From an uncultured Candidatus Saccharibacteria bacterium (GTDB taxonomy: Bacteria > Patescibacteriota > Minisyncoccia > UBA6257 > 2-01-FULL-56-20): a stretch of 64,000 nucleotides of DNA. A program made the position numbers and the translations under genes. Numbering within the stretch: the first letter of the stretch is position 1; each line of letters opens with the position of its first letter. Positions 19,119-27,151 of the stretch are shown piece by piece. The DNA lies in assembly GCA_964568535.1 (NCBI GenBank), contig CAZMPQ010000001.1:6183-70182 (forward strand), written 5' to 3'. Under the pieces are notes generated by a model, which was given only the letters and a program-made list of their open reading frames with translations, had not been told where the DNA came from and did no database searches.

Positions 19119-20132
19119 CTAAAACAGCTTATCTTTCCACGTGCGCGGGGTCTTCGGACTCACGATCTCCAAGTCCAAGTGGTACCGAAAGGGTTTCACG
19201 CCGCGCGTCTGGATATAGACGATCATGTCGCGCAGGCCGTGCTCCAAGGTCGTTGTGGTCTTGTAGCCGAGCAACTTGCGCGCTTTTTCTGCGCTGCAGG
19301 TTGCGAGCTTCACTTCGTTCGGCCGGTCGGGCATATACACGGGCTTCAGCGGGAAATCCAGCAGCTTTGCGACGGTCTCGGCGAGCGTATTGATCGTGAT
19401 GAACTCTTCGTCCGGCCCGACGTTCACCACCTCCCCCACCACGCTCCGATCGAACGCCATTTTTTCCAGGGGGTCCACCACGTCCTGCACGAACGAAAAG
19501 CACCGTTTCTGCTCGCCGTCGCCATAGATCACCGGCTGACGGTTCTGCAACATAAGATTGATCATAATGGACGCGACGTTCCGATACGGATCGTCATACT
19601 TCTGTCGCGGGCCGATGATGTTATGGGGGACGGCGATAACATACTCGATGCCGTGCGTTTCGCAGAGGTTCCGTACCGTGAGTTCCGCAGCGTACTTCGC
19701 GATGCCGTAGGGGTCCTGCGGCTTCGGCGTCATGTCCTCCGTGAACGGAACGCGTTCCTGCGTGCCGTAACGCGCCATACTTGAACACAGCACGAACCGC
19801 TTGATCTTCTGGGCGATACCAGCGGAAAGCACCGATACGGTGATGTCGTACACATTGCGCGTCACGAGGTGCGGCGAAAAGACGCTCAATCCTTCGTATG
19901 CCGTCGCGGCGCAGTGGTAGACCACGTCAACGCCGTCCATGATGCGCGTCATCGCCGCGCGGTCGGCGCAATCCAGTGTATGGAACTCAACACCCGGCGG
20001 TACGTTGTCCAAATAGCCGCCCAAAAGATTGTCTACGCCGATCACCCGGTGCCCGCGCTCCAGGAACCGTTCAGCAAGATAACTGCCTAAAAAACCGGCC
20101 GCGCCGGTAATGAAGATGGTCTGTTTCGCCAT
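19119..20132 (-). CDS. NAD-dependent nucleotide-sugar epimerase/dehydratase (GalE/UXS-like SDR)
   Basis: Carries IFITGAAGFLGSYLAERF and YGIAK. Confidence 0.75.
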   Translation of the reverse strand: MAKQTIFITGAAGFLGSYLAERFLERGHRVIGVDNLLGGYLDNVPPGVEFHTLDCADRAAMTRIMDGVDVVYHCAATAYEGLSVFSPHLVTRNVYDITVSVLSAGIAQKIKRFVLCSSMARYGTQERVPFTEDMTPKPQDPYGIAKYAAELTVRNLCETHGIEYVIAVPHNIIGPRQKYDDPYRNVASIMINLMLQNRQPVIYGDGEQKRCFSFVQDVVDPLEKMAFDRSVVGEVVNVGPDEEFITINTLAETVAKLLDFPLKPVYMPDRPNEVKLATCSAEKARKLLGYKTTTTLEHGLRDMIVYIQTRGVKPFRYHLDLEIVSPKTPRTWKDKLF

Positions 20133-20178
20133 TCGCGCCTTTCATTGTAGTCGGCGGCGGCGCGAACGTCAAAGAAAT

Positions 20179-20997
20179 CTAGCTTTCCCGTATCGTCCTG
20201 CGAAGATCCTCGTTCACTTCCTCAAGCGTCTCCAGAAGCCGCACATCAACGCCCGCGGCTTTTGCGAACGCCGTGAGGGCACGCACATCCTTCGGTAGAC
20301 ACGCCCCCGCATATCCGCGATATCCCTCGTCAAAGACATCAAAGTGGCTCCCGCCGACGCGCGCATCCTGTGCAACGCCCTCTTTCACGGCTGTGTAATC
20401 GATATCCAGTGTTTTGCAGATGTCGTACATCTGGTTCGCGAAGACGACGCGCGCGGCGAGGAAGTTGTTGTTGAAATACTTCACCATCTCGGCCTCTCGC
20501 GCGCGCAGAACGCGCGCGTAGGGCGCTGGCGGGAGCATTGCAAGGACCGCTTCCGCAGCGCGCTTGCCCGCCTCGTTCGCATATCCGACGAGCTGCCGGT
20601 CGGGACGCAGAAAATCCTCATTCGCCGTTTTCGCGCGGAGAAATTCCGGATTGAACAGGATGGTCTTCCCGGGAAACTGCTTCTGATACCGTTCGGTGGA
20701 TGTCGGGAGCACTGTGGACTTCACGACCGCCACCTTGCCGTCGGCGACGGTGGTGAGCGACTCCACAACAGCCGAATCGTCGTATCCCTGTTTGCCGGAC
20801 GCAGGGTCCGTATGGAACGGCGTCGGCACGGCGATGAATACGGTGTCCGCGCGGTTCACTTCCGCAAGCGAACCGAGCCGTTTTGCCGTGTCGTAGAGAA
20901 ATACCTCGTACTCGTCGCGCTTCCCTTCGAACCAGTTCCGGAGCGCGCCGCCCACGTATCCCACCCCAATGATGCCGATCTTCTTCTTTGCGGGCAT
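20179..20997 (-). CDS. UDP-glucose/GDP-mannose 6-dehydrogenase-family protein lacking the C-terminal UDP-binding domain
   Basis: Carries KIGIIGVGYVGG, IAVPTP, FNPEFLRAKTANEDF and GYAGACLPKD (catalytic Cys). It stops after the central domain, about 273 aa from M51. Confidence 0.55.
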   Translation of the reverse strand: MPAKKKIGIIGVGYVGGALRNWFEGKRDEYEVFLYDTAKRLGSLAEVNRADTVFIAVPTPFHTDPASGKQGYDDSAVVESLTTVADGKVAVVKSTVLPTSTERYQKQFPGKTILFNPEFLRAKTANEDFLRPDRQLVGYANEAGKRAAEAVLAMLPPAPYARVLRAREAEMVKYFNNNFLAARVVFANQMYDICKTLDIDYTAVKEGVAQDARVGGSHFDVFDEGYRGYAGACLPKDVRALTAFAKAAGVDVRLLETLEEVNEDLRRTIRES

Positions 20998-21002
20998 CGT
21001 GC

Positions 21003-22058
21003 TCAATAATATTGGGCGCGCGACTGCACCTGGTAATGCTTCTGGAACGCCTGCGTTGCCTTGATCTTCCCCCACCAATCCGGATGCTTCACATACCACG
21101 ACACGAGGTCCGCCGCGGCGTTCTCCAGCGTGAACTGCGGCGCCCAACCAAGCTCGTTTTTTATTTTTGACGAATCAAGCGCATACCGCAGGTCCGCGCC
21201 CGGGCGATCGGCGACGTGCTGCCGGTGATGGGCGAGGTTTTTCCCCAAGTGATGCGCGAGCAGTTCCAGTACGCCCAAATTGGTCTTCTGCGCTCCGCCG
21301 GCGTTGTAGATGCTGTAATCAGACGCTTCGTGGGCAACAAGGTCTATCGCCGCGCAGAAGTCCTCCACGTGCACCCAACTCCGTGTGTGCTCGCCCGTTC
21401 CATGCACGGGTATCTTCTTCCCTTCTATCATGTTCGTGATAGCAAGCGGGATGAGCTTCTCGGGGTACTGATACGGCCCGAAATTATTTGACCCGCGGAC
21501 GATAAGCGCGGGTATCTGGTGTGTCTTTATCCATGCCTGCACCAAGAGGTCTGCGCCGGCTTTTGAGGACGAGTAGGGATTGGATGGGCGGAACGGCGTT
21601 TCTTCCGTCGCGAACCCTTCAGGAACCGACCCGTATATCTCGTCGGTTGATACCTGGATAAAGCGCGTCGTGCTGAATTTGCGCACTGCTTCAATGAGCG
21701 ACCGCACGCCTTCAATATTCGTCCGGATGAAGTCGTAGCCATTCACAATGGAACGGTCCACATGGCTCTCGGCGGCAAAGTTCACGACGAGATCAAATGC
21801 GTGTTCGGAGAAGATGCGCTCCAGGAGCTTCTCGTCGCAGATGTCCCCGTGGATGAACTGATAGCGGCGCTTCTCCGGGGGGAGCGCCCCGTCTTCCGCA
21901 GCAATGTCCGCTAAATTGTCCTGATTTCCCGCATACGTCAGGAGGTCCAAATTAAAAATACGCATCTGCGGATGCTTGCGGTATGCGTACCGGACGAAGT
22001 TAGATCCGATGAATCCCGAACCGCCGCATATGAGCGCGTTCTTAAAAGTCCGACGCAT
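21003..22058 (-). CDS. rmlB: dTDP-glucose 4,6-dehydratase
   Basis: Carries ALICGGSGFIGSNFVRY, STDEIYG and YSSSKAGADLLVQAW. It is collinear with RmlB. Confidence 0.8.
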   Translation of the reverse strand: MRRTFKNALICGGSGFIGSNFVRYAYRKHPQMRIFNLDLLTYAGNQDNLADIAAEDGALPPEKRRYQFIHGDICDEKLLERIFSEHAFDLVVNFAAESHVDRSIVNGYDFIRTNIEGVRSLIEAVRKFSTTRFIQVSTDEIYGSVPEGFATEETPFRPSNPYSSSKAGADLLVQAWIKTHQIPALIVRGSNNFGPYQYPEKLIPLAITNMIEGKKIPVHGTGEHTRSWVHVEDFCAAIDLVAHEASDYSIYNAGGAQKTNLGVLELLAHHLGKNLAHHRQHVADRPGADLRYALDSSKIKNELGWAPQFTLENAAADLVSWYVKHPDWWGKIKATQAFQKHYQVQSRAQYY

Positions 22059-22166
22059 GGTGGCTGGTGGTAAAAGCGGATGATATATGAAGAGCGCGGC
22101 GACCGCGCCGCGCGCGCAACCCTCTCATCCTACCGGCGAGCATCGCATTGTCAAGCGACGCTTTGG

Positions 22167-23156
22167 TCACCGCCCGCCGGTGCGGCGCTTTGCGAACACA
22201 TCAGTTGATCGATTGTCTTTGCATCGCACCATCAGCTCGCCCGGGGAGATCGGGGACATTGCGGTGGCGTGCTTTGTCAGTCGGAACGCATCCTCATTCG
22301 CATCGTAGAATGCAAACCCCATGCGCTCCAAGTCATACAGAAGCGCGGCCGGGTCCGTGCCGTAGAGGCGCATGCCGGCGGGCCACAGCTCAAAATGGAG
22401 CTTTATATCAGGATTTGCCTGCAAGAGCCCACGCATGCCGGCGATGACCGCCCCCTCCGAGCCCTGCACGTCTATCTTCACCAAGCTGACCGGACGCTTT
22501 TCGCCCTTCATGAATTCATCAAGCGACACCATCTGCACCTCAACAGACGGACGGAGGCCTGCTTGTTCAAGCACGAGCGATTTGTCTTCCTTGGTCAATG
22601 CCGTTGAGTGCGCAAGACGTTCCTGCGGATCGTAGCTTCGGTGGTCGCCCGGATTCGCTTCGGACATGTAGAGCCGCACCGTGCCGGCGCGTTCGCCAAC
22701 TGCTTTCGGAACGATGTCTACATTCGCGTAGTTGTTCATTGCAACATTTTTCCGCAGGAGAACGAGATTGTCCGGTCCCGGCTCAAAGGCGAATACCTTC
22801 CCCTCCGGGCCTACGCAGCGCGCGAAGGTCAGCGTGTGCATGCCGATGTTCGCACCGACATCCACGACCGCCGTGCCGCGGGGTATCTCGCGTTCAAAGA
22901 GGCGGCGCGTGTCGGCCTCGCGCTCGCCGCCGAACACGGCGAATGCGGCGCGGAATTGCCCGGGGACGGCGATGCGGTGCCCGTCTATCTCGTAAACCTC
23001 CGGCCACTCGTGGTGCTTCAGTGTCGCGTCTATTGTCCGGTAGAGGTAGCCGAACGGCCACACTTTCTGCAGACCTTTGCCGCGCAGATACGTCGTACCA
23101 ATGCGCCAAAAGAACGCTGCTCCCGCTATCTTTGCCTTCTCTAATATTCCCTTCAT
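22167..23156 (-). CDS. FkbM-family SAM-dependent methyltransferase
   Basis: Carries VVDVGANIGMHTLTFARCVGPEGKVFAFEPGPDNL. I chose the start at M47, which gives an ATGA overlap with the upstream gene. Confidence 0.7.
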   Translation of the reverse strand: MKGILEKAKIAGAAFFWRIGTTYLRGKGLQKVWPFGYLYRTIDATLKHHEWPEVYEIDGHRIAVPGQFRAAFAVFGGEREADTRRLFEREIPRGTAVVDVGANIGMHTLTFARCVGPEGKVFAFEPGPDNLVLLRKNVAMNNYANVDIVPKAVGERAGTVRLYMSEANPGDHRSYDPQERLAHSTALTKEDKSLVLEQAGLRPSVEVQMVSLDEFMKGEKRPVSLVKIDVQGSEGAVIAGMRGLLQANPDIKLHFELWPAGMRLYGTDPAALLYDLERMGFAFYDANEDAFRLTKHATAMSPISPGELMVRCKDNRSTDVFAKRRTGGR

Positions 23157-24202
23157 GCCGTGTGGTTCCCTGAAGATCGCAGGTGTCCGAGCATTTGCTG
23201 GGCACGATGGCGCCAGGTGTGGTGTTGCAGCACGTACTCGCGGACACGTGCCGCGCGCTTTGCACGCTCCGCGTCCATTCCCGGCGCGAGCCAATGGTCC
23301 AGAAGCGGATGTATCTCTTTTGCCGAGCTGAACGTCACGAGCGAATCCTTCGGGAAGAGGAGGTCGTGGTCCGCGCGATGGTCCACGAGCTGAAACAGCC
23401 CTGCAAGCGCGACCTCAAAGGTCCGCGCGGATACGGAGGTGAAGTGCCACGTCGAATGGATGTTGAGGAATAGTTTCGTCTTTGCATACAACTCGTTCAG
23501 CGCCGCCGTGCTCAACCGCCCGCTTTGGACAACGCGCTGTTTGAGCCCCGGGAAGTAGCGGTGCCAATACTCCAGCCCTGTGCCGCAGACGGCAACACGG
23601 TATTTTTCAGGAATGTCGGCGAGTATCTTTGCGCGCAGATAGCCGTCCCCGCTCTGCGGCGGCAAGCTGCCGGCGAAGACGATGTCGTATTCCTTTTTCG
23701 GCTCCGGCGAGAGCGGATGGAATACTTTGGGGTCGCCAGCAAGCGGGAGGTGCACCGCATCTTGCTCGCCGTAGAGGATGGTCATCCAGGACGGGAATCG
23801 GTCTATCGTGAACACCCGGTCCACGTACGCGAGCGCCGCGAGGGCGTCCTTTGCCTGCGCGCCTGCGGCGGGAGAATCCATCCAGTAGAAGATGGGTTTC
23901 TTGAGCTCTCGCGCTTCGCGGACCGCCTCGGGCAGGATGTTCGGCGCGTGTTCCAAAACAATGAGGTCCGGCTTCGCGTCGCGGACGCTCTGGAGCCAGT
24001 CGCGGCTCACTGCCCTGCGAAACACGTCTTCCGCGCCATACTGCACCTTCGGAATGCGCGTGCCGATACGCTGTATCCATCGCTGGGTCTTCGTGCCGTT
24101 ATCGTTGAAAAACGAGACGCTGTGCCCAAGCTCGCGCAGGGCATCGCCGAAGAACGCGCCGAATCCCCCATGCCAAACCGGCGTCGTATAGTGTATCTTC
24201 AT
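23153..24202 (-). CDS. CgeB-like glycosyltransferase (paralog of the 2818..3873 gene)
   Basis: Carries FEVALAGLFQLVDH...DAERAKRAARVREYVLQHHTWRHR. Confidence 0.6.
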   Translation of the reverse strand: MKIHYTTPVWHGGFGAFFGDALRELGHSVSFFNDNGTKTQRWIQRIGTRIPKVQYGAEDVFRRAVSRDWLQSVRDAKPDLIVLEHAPNILPEAVREARELKKPIFYWMDSPAAGAQAKDALAALAYVDRVFTIDRFPSWMTILYGEQDAVHLPLAGDPKVFHPLSPEPKKEYDIVFAGSLPPQSGDGYLRAKILADIPEKYRVAVCGTGLEYWHRYFPGLKQRVVQSGRLSTAALNELYAKTKLFLNIHSTWHFTSVSARTFEVALAGLFQLVDHRADHDLLFPKDSLVTFSSAKEIHPLLDHWLAPGMDAERAKRAARVREYVLQHHTWRHRAQQMLGHLRSSGNHTA

Positions 24203-24267
24203 GCACAGACAGGATAATCCAACTCTCGCCCGAATGGAACCCGTGCGCGAATTGCTGCGTGAATAGA

Positions 24268-24302
24268 CCCCGAGCGGCGTGCTACGAGCACGCCGCTCGG
24301 GG
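24268..24302. terminator. perfect 16-bp inverted repeat with a 3-nt loop (CCCCGAGCGGCGTGCT-ACG-AGCACGCCGCTCGGGG)
   Basis: Read directly from the sequence. It lies between the end of the surface-protein operon and the start of the CgeB-like gene. There is no strong T-tract, so it is either a stem-loop terminator or an RNA stability element. Confidence 0.4.
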
Positions 24303-24319
24303 CGTTTACCGTATCGCTC

Positions 24320-24397
24320 TTACTGGGACGTAGAACTCGGAGCTGGAGCCGAAGGAGTTGAGGTAACGTGGATGGGAGGTGGAAGGGGTGGTAGTCC
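24320..24397 (-). pseudogene. relic 3' end of a third small-partner gene (it encodes ...GLPPLPPPIHVTSTPSAPAPSSTSQ*)
   Basis: The minus-strand translation matches the C-terminal tail of the 26134..27117 protein (PPPPPPIHVTSTPPAPAQSSTSQ*). No corresponding N-terminal or central domain lies upstream of it. Confidence 0.55.
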
Positions 24398-24404
24398 CTC
24401 TTTA

Positions 24405-24752
24405 TTAGAATAAAGTCGGGTGAGCAAACATTTGAGAGGCACCATACATAAAAAAAGCTGTCGATACGAATACCCCCAAAGAAAAGAAGAGAAAAGAAAA
24501 GAAGAGAAAAGAAGAGCCCAATCTTCTTAGCTGTTCTCGAAATCGCTTTATGAAGAAGTTCACCAAGAAAAATGGTAAAGAAAAAACACTGATGATTTCC
24601 AAGATTAGTGAATAAATGTTTTCAAATGGAAAGAGCGCCTTTGGCAAGCTTGGGAATACATCTAACGAATAGGGAATCGTAAAAACTAACAATCCGACTA
24701 CTATGCCACCTAAAAGATTTCCGACATAAAACAAATTTAACTTTTTTTTCAT
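24405..24752 (-). CDS. hypothetical small Phe-rich membrane protein in a low-GC (~30%) patch
   Basis: A 115-aa ORF with three or four hydrophobic segments. It begins MKKKLNLFYVGNLLGGIVVGLL, similar to the partner-protein signal anchors. The local GC content is far below the window average. Confidence 0.35.
   Translation of the reverse strand: MKKKLNLFYVGNLLGGIVVGLLVFTIPYSLDVFPSLPKALFPFENIYSLILEIISVFSLPFFLVNFFIKRFREQLRRLGSSFLFFSFLFFSLGVFVSTAFFMYGASQMFAHPTLF
24481..24516. repeat. simple purine-rich repeat, roughly (GAAAAGAAGA)x3.5
   Basis: The sequence reads gaaaagaagagaaaagaaaagaagagaaaagaagag. Confidence 0.6.
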
Positions 24753-24781
24753 GAATTTTTGATATTATTAACAAGATTATA

Positions 24782-26137
24782 TCACCATTTGATTATCCCT
24801 TTAATTCTATAAGGGTCGAAGATGGGGTTTAGCTTAGAACTCCAAAGCATTTCAAAATCGCTTATATCTTGGGTACCCAAGTCAGTCTTGGGCGATACAA
24901 GACCGCAAGTGCTAGTGGAATTATCCATAATATTATTTCCTGTACTATGCGCCAGACCGAGTGCGTGCCCAAGCTCATGCGTAATAGTGCATTGTTTCAT
25001 TGAATTCGTATAAGGATCCATATAGTAAGTATTGAAAAGGATATGAGGTTGGTTTGGTGTGGTTGTAGGAACCCATAATCCTGCTTTTCCCATCCATTGA
25101 CCAACGGTCGAGCTGACGACGTCTACATATATATCCCAATCTGAACCAGATGTAGAGGTTGATTTCTTGAGATTCACATAGCTTGCAGTCGCGTCATTCC
25201 AAGTAATGATTGCGTTTAACATTTGCGCATCATATGGCGTAGAACTGCCTATTCTCATGATATATGGCGATGTGCTTGTATTGACGCCCGGCGGCGACCA
25301 CTCGGTATTGTCAGGACGTGACAAGAACGCCGTGTAATAATTGTCCGCATCAATATAGTCAGAAATCTTCGCACCTGTTCCTGAAGCGTTCTGCGTGGCA
25401 TGCCAGGGTCCGGCGTTCTCCGTAGAACTGTTGGCATCATCCAGCGGATACCACCCACCCCAGAAGTTCAATCTCATTGTGGAGGTCGGACTGCCAGTCT
25501 TCCAAGCACTGCTTGTGCTGTTGTTGTATATCGTGCTCGACGCCACCGTCACCGTCCCGCCGGTAATATACAGGCCGTAATCGTTATCGTGTATCGCTGA
25601 TTCCGTTACCGTCGTCGCGCCTCCCGTGCTGTATATCCCGTAGTCCGAAGCATAGGAGATGTCGGTATATCTCGTATTGAGCGTGCCGCCAGTAACGTAC
25701 ACGGTACTGCCTGCTGTGTTTCCGCCGTATCTCACGACGGTTCCTGCGAGAGTCGTGCTCGCGCCGGAGGTAATTTGAATATTTCCCCAATCCCCTGCGG
25801 CTCCCGTTGAAGTTCCATCTCCATTCAGATCCCCTCCCACGCTGTCGTCTTTGAAGGAGGTGAAATATACGAGGGTAGGGCTCAGTGCTCCTCCTTTCAC
25901 ATCAAGCTCTCCGTTCACGATGAGGGAGGTAGATGGTTTGAACTTGATGATGGTGCCGGGTTCAATGGTGATAGTCTTGCCTGCATTGATGGTGACGGTT
26001 GAGGAGACGATATATGGGCCTTCGGCTTTGGACCAGGTGGTGGAGGTTGCGATGGAGCCGGAGAGGGTGCTGGATGGCTTCGCCACGAGTGGTATGCATA
26101 CAAGCATACCACTTTGTTCTATGCGCTCACAGCTCAC
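24782..26137 (-). CDS. secreted parallel beta-helix plus metzincin zinc-metallopeptidase domain protein (a truncated paralog of the 1058-aa protein, lacking the LamG domains)
   Basis: It is about 85-95% identical to the C-terminal ~440 aa of the 27152..30328 gene product. It carries HELGHALGLAHS. An ATGA overlap couples it to the upstream partner gene. Confidence 0.6.
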   Translation of the reverse strand: MSCERIEQSGMLVCIPLVAKPSSTLSGSIATSTTWSKAEGPYIVSSTVTINAGKTITIEPGTIIKFKPSTSLIVNGELDVKGGALSPTLVYFTSFKDDSVGGDLNGDGTSTGAAGDWGNIQITSGASTTLAGTVVRYGGNTAGSTVYVTGGTLNTRYTDISYASDYGIYSTGGATTVTESAIHDNDYGLYITGGTVTVASSTIYNNSTSSAWKTGSPTSTMRLNFWGGWYPLDDANSSTENAGPWHATQNASGTGAKISDYIDADNYYTAFLSRPDNTEWSPPGVNTSTSPYIMRIGSSTPYDAQMLNAIITWNDATASYVNLKKSTSTSGSDWDIYVDVVSSTVGQWMGKAGLWVPTTTPNQPHILFNTYYMDPYTNSMKQCTITHELGHALGLAHSTGNNIMDNSTSTCGLVSPKTDLGTQDISDFEMLWSSKLNPIFDPYRIKGIIKW

Positions 26138-27117
26138 TGACTGGTTGATGACTGAGCAGGTGCTGGAGGCGTTGAGGTAACGTGGATAGGAGGCGGAGGG
26201 GGCGGAGTTGGTGGTTGGGGTGGAGGCGGATAAAATGGGGCGCAGTCGGGGTCTTGGGCGTCGGTGAGGTTGTCGAGGTCGTTGTCTTTGTTGTCACGAC
26301 AATTCACCTGATGGTCCTCTCGATAATATGGCCGGCAGTTGGGGTCGCCCTGATCGACAAGTCTATCTCCGTCATTATCTATGCCGTCGCGACAACTACT
26401 CCCTGAAGTTTCTGTTGTATCTTGTGGTAGTGGCGGTGGCGGCAATGTCTCTGGCACAGGACGGGGAGGTATGAGTTCAGCAAATTTATTGTGGACTGCC
26501 TGTTTCTCAGCTTGGGAGAGCGACTGGAATAAATTAGCGGCAGATTCGCCTGTTGTGCGTCCGTCAAATGGTATCTCATTCGGATACGCATTGAGTAGTT
26601 CGTATGTCCGCGCGTGTCGTAAAACGAGTTCTCTTAATTGCTCCTTACTCAAGTTGGCGTGCTCACTCACTACGGTCTTAGTCGCCGGATGAAAACCTAC
26701 AAAATACCATGGGCCAGCTTCATCGGGGAGATGAGTAGCTCCAAACAGATACGTTGTGCCGGGTGCAAGTTTATCCCCTTTTGTAGAATCCAAGCTCACA
26801 ACAATCCTATCCTCGGCAATACCTTTGATATTGTAAATAACCTCAACGTCATATTGTGTTCTTGATAAACCCAGTGAGTTATCGCTTCTTCCTGCTTCTG
26901 CAAGCACCTTGCCGGCAAATACATTTTGGTAATAACCAACCAACCTGCGGTTGTTATTGAAGTCAGTTGCCCACGTCGCGGCAATGCCGGATTCTCCCAT
27001 GTTCTTTACGCCTGAGTCAGTTGGTGTCTGAAAACCAACCTGCTGTACACCCCTCATCCCGAGATAGATTGCACCGAAAATCAAGATACTTCCAACGATA
27101 AATAGTCGTTTCTTCAT
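26134..27117 (-). CDS. secreted partner protein: signal anchor, a conserved domain of unknown function, two Cys-bracketed Asp-rich (TSP3-like calcium-binding) repeats, and a poly-proline C-terminal tail
   Basis: Starts MKKRLFIVGSILIFGAIYLG. Carries CRDGIDNDGDRLVDQGDPNC and CRDNKDNDLDNLTDAQDPDC, and ends PPPPQPPTPPPPPPIHVTSTPPAPAQSSTSQ. It is a paralog of the 38053..39054 gene. Confidence 0.6.
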   Translation of the reverse strand: MKKRLFIVGSILIFGAIYLGMRGVQQVGFQTPTDSGVKNMGESGIAATWATDFNNNRRLVGYYQNVFAGKVLAEAGRSDNSLGLSRTQYDVEVIYNIKGIAEDRIVVSLDSTKGDKLAPGTTYLFGATHLPDEAGPWYFVGFHPATKTVVSEHANLSKEQLRELVLRHARTYELLNAYPNEIPFDGRTTGESAANLFQSLSQAEKQAVHNKFAELIPPRPVPETLPPPPLPQDTTETSGSSCRDGIDNDGDRLVDQGDPNCRPYYREDHQVNCRDNKDNDLDNLTDAQDPDCAPFYPPPPQPPTPPPPPPIHVTSTPPAPAQSSTSQ

Positions 27118-27151
27118 GGTGATGGTTAATTATGTGATGACCCTATGGAAC

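Noticed and set aside
25851-26180. Plus-strand ORFs 25851..26180, 28143..28508 and 40155..40496, which encode similar peptides (ELSAPPFTSSSPFTMREV.GLNLMMVPGSMVIV...)
   Set aside because: They are antisense shadows of the highly conserved beta-helix coding segment shared by the three metzincin paralogs. Their conservation comes from the real minus-strand genes.
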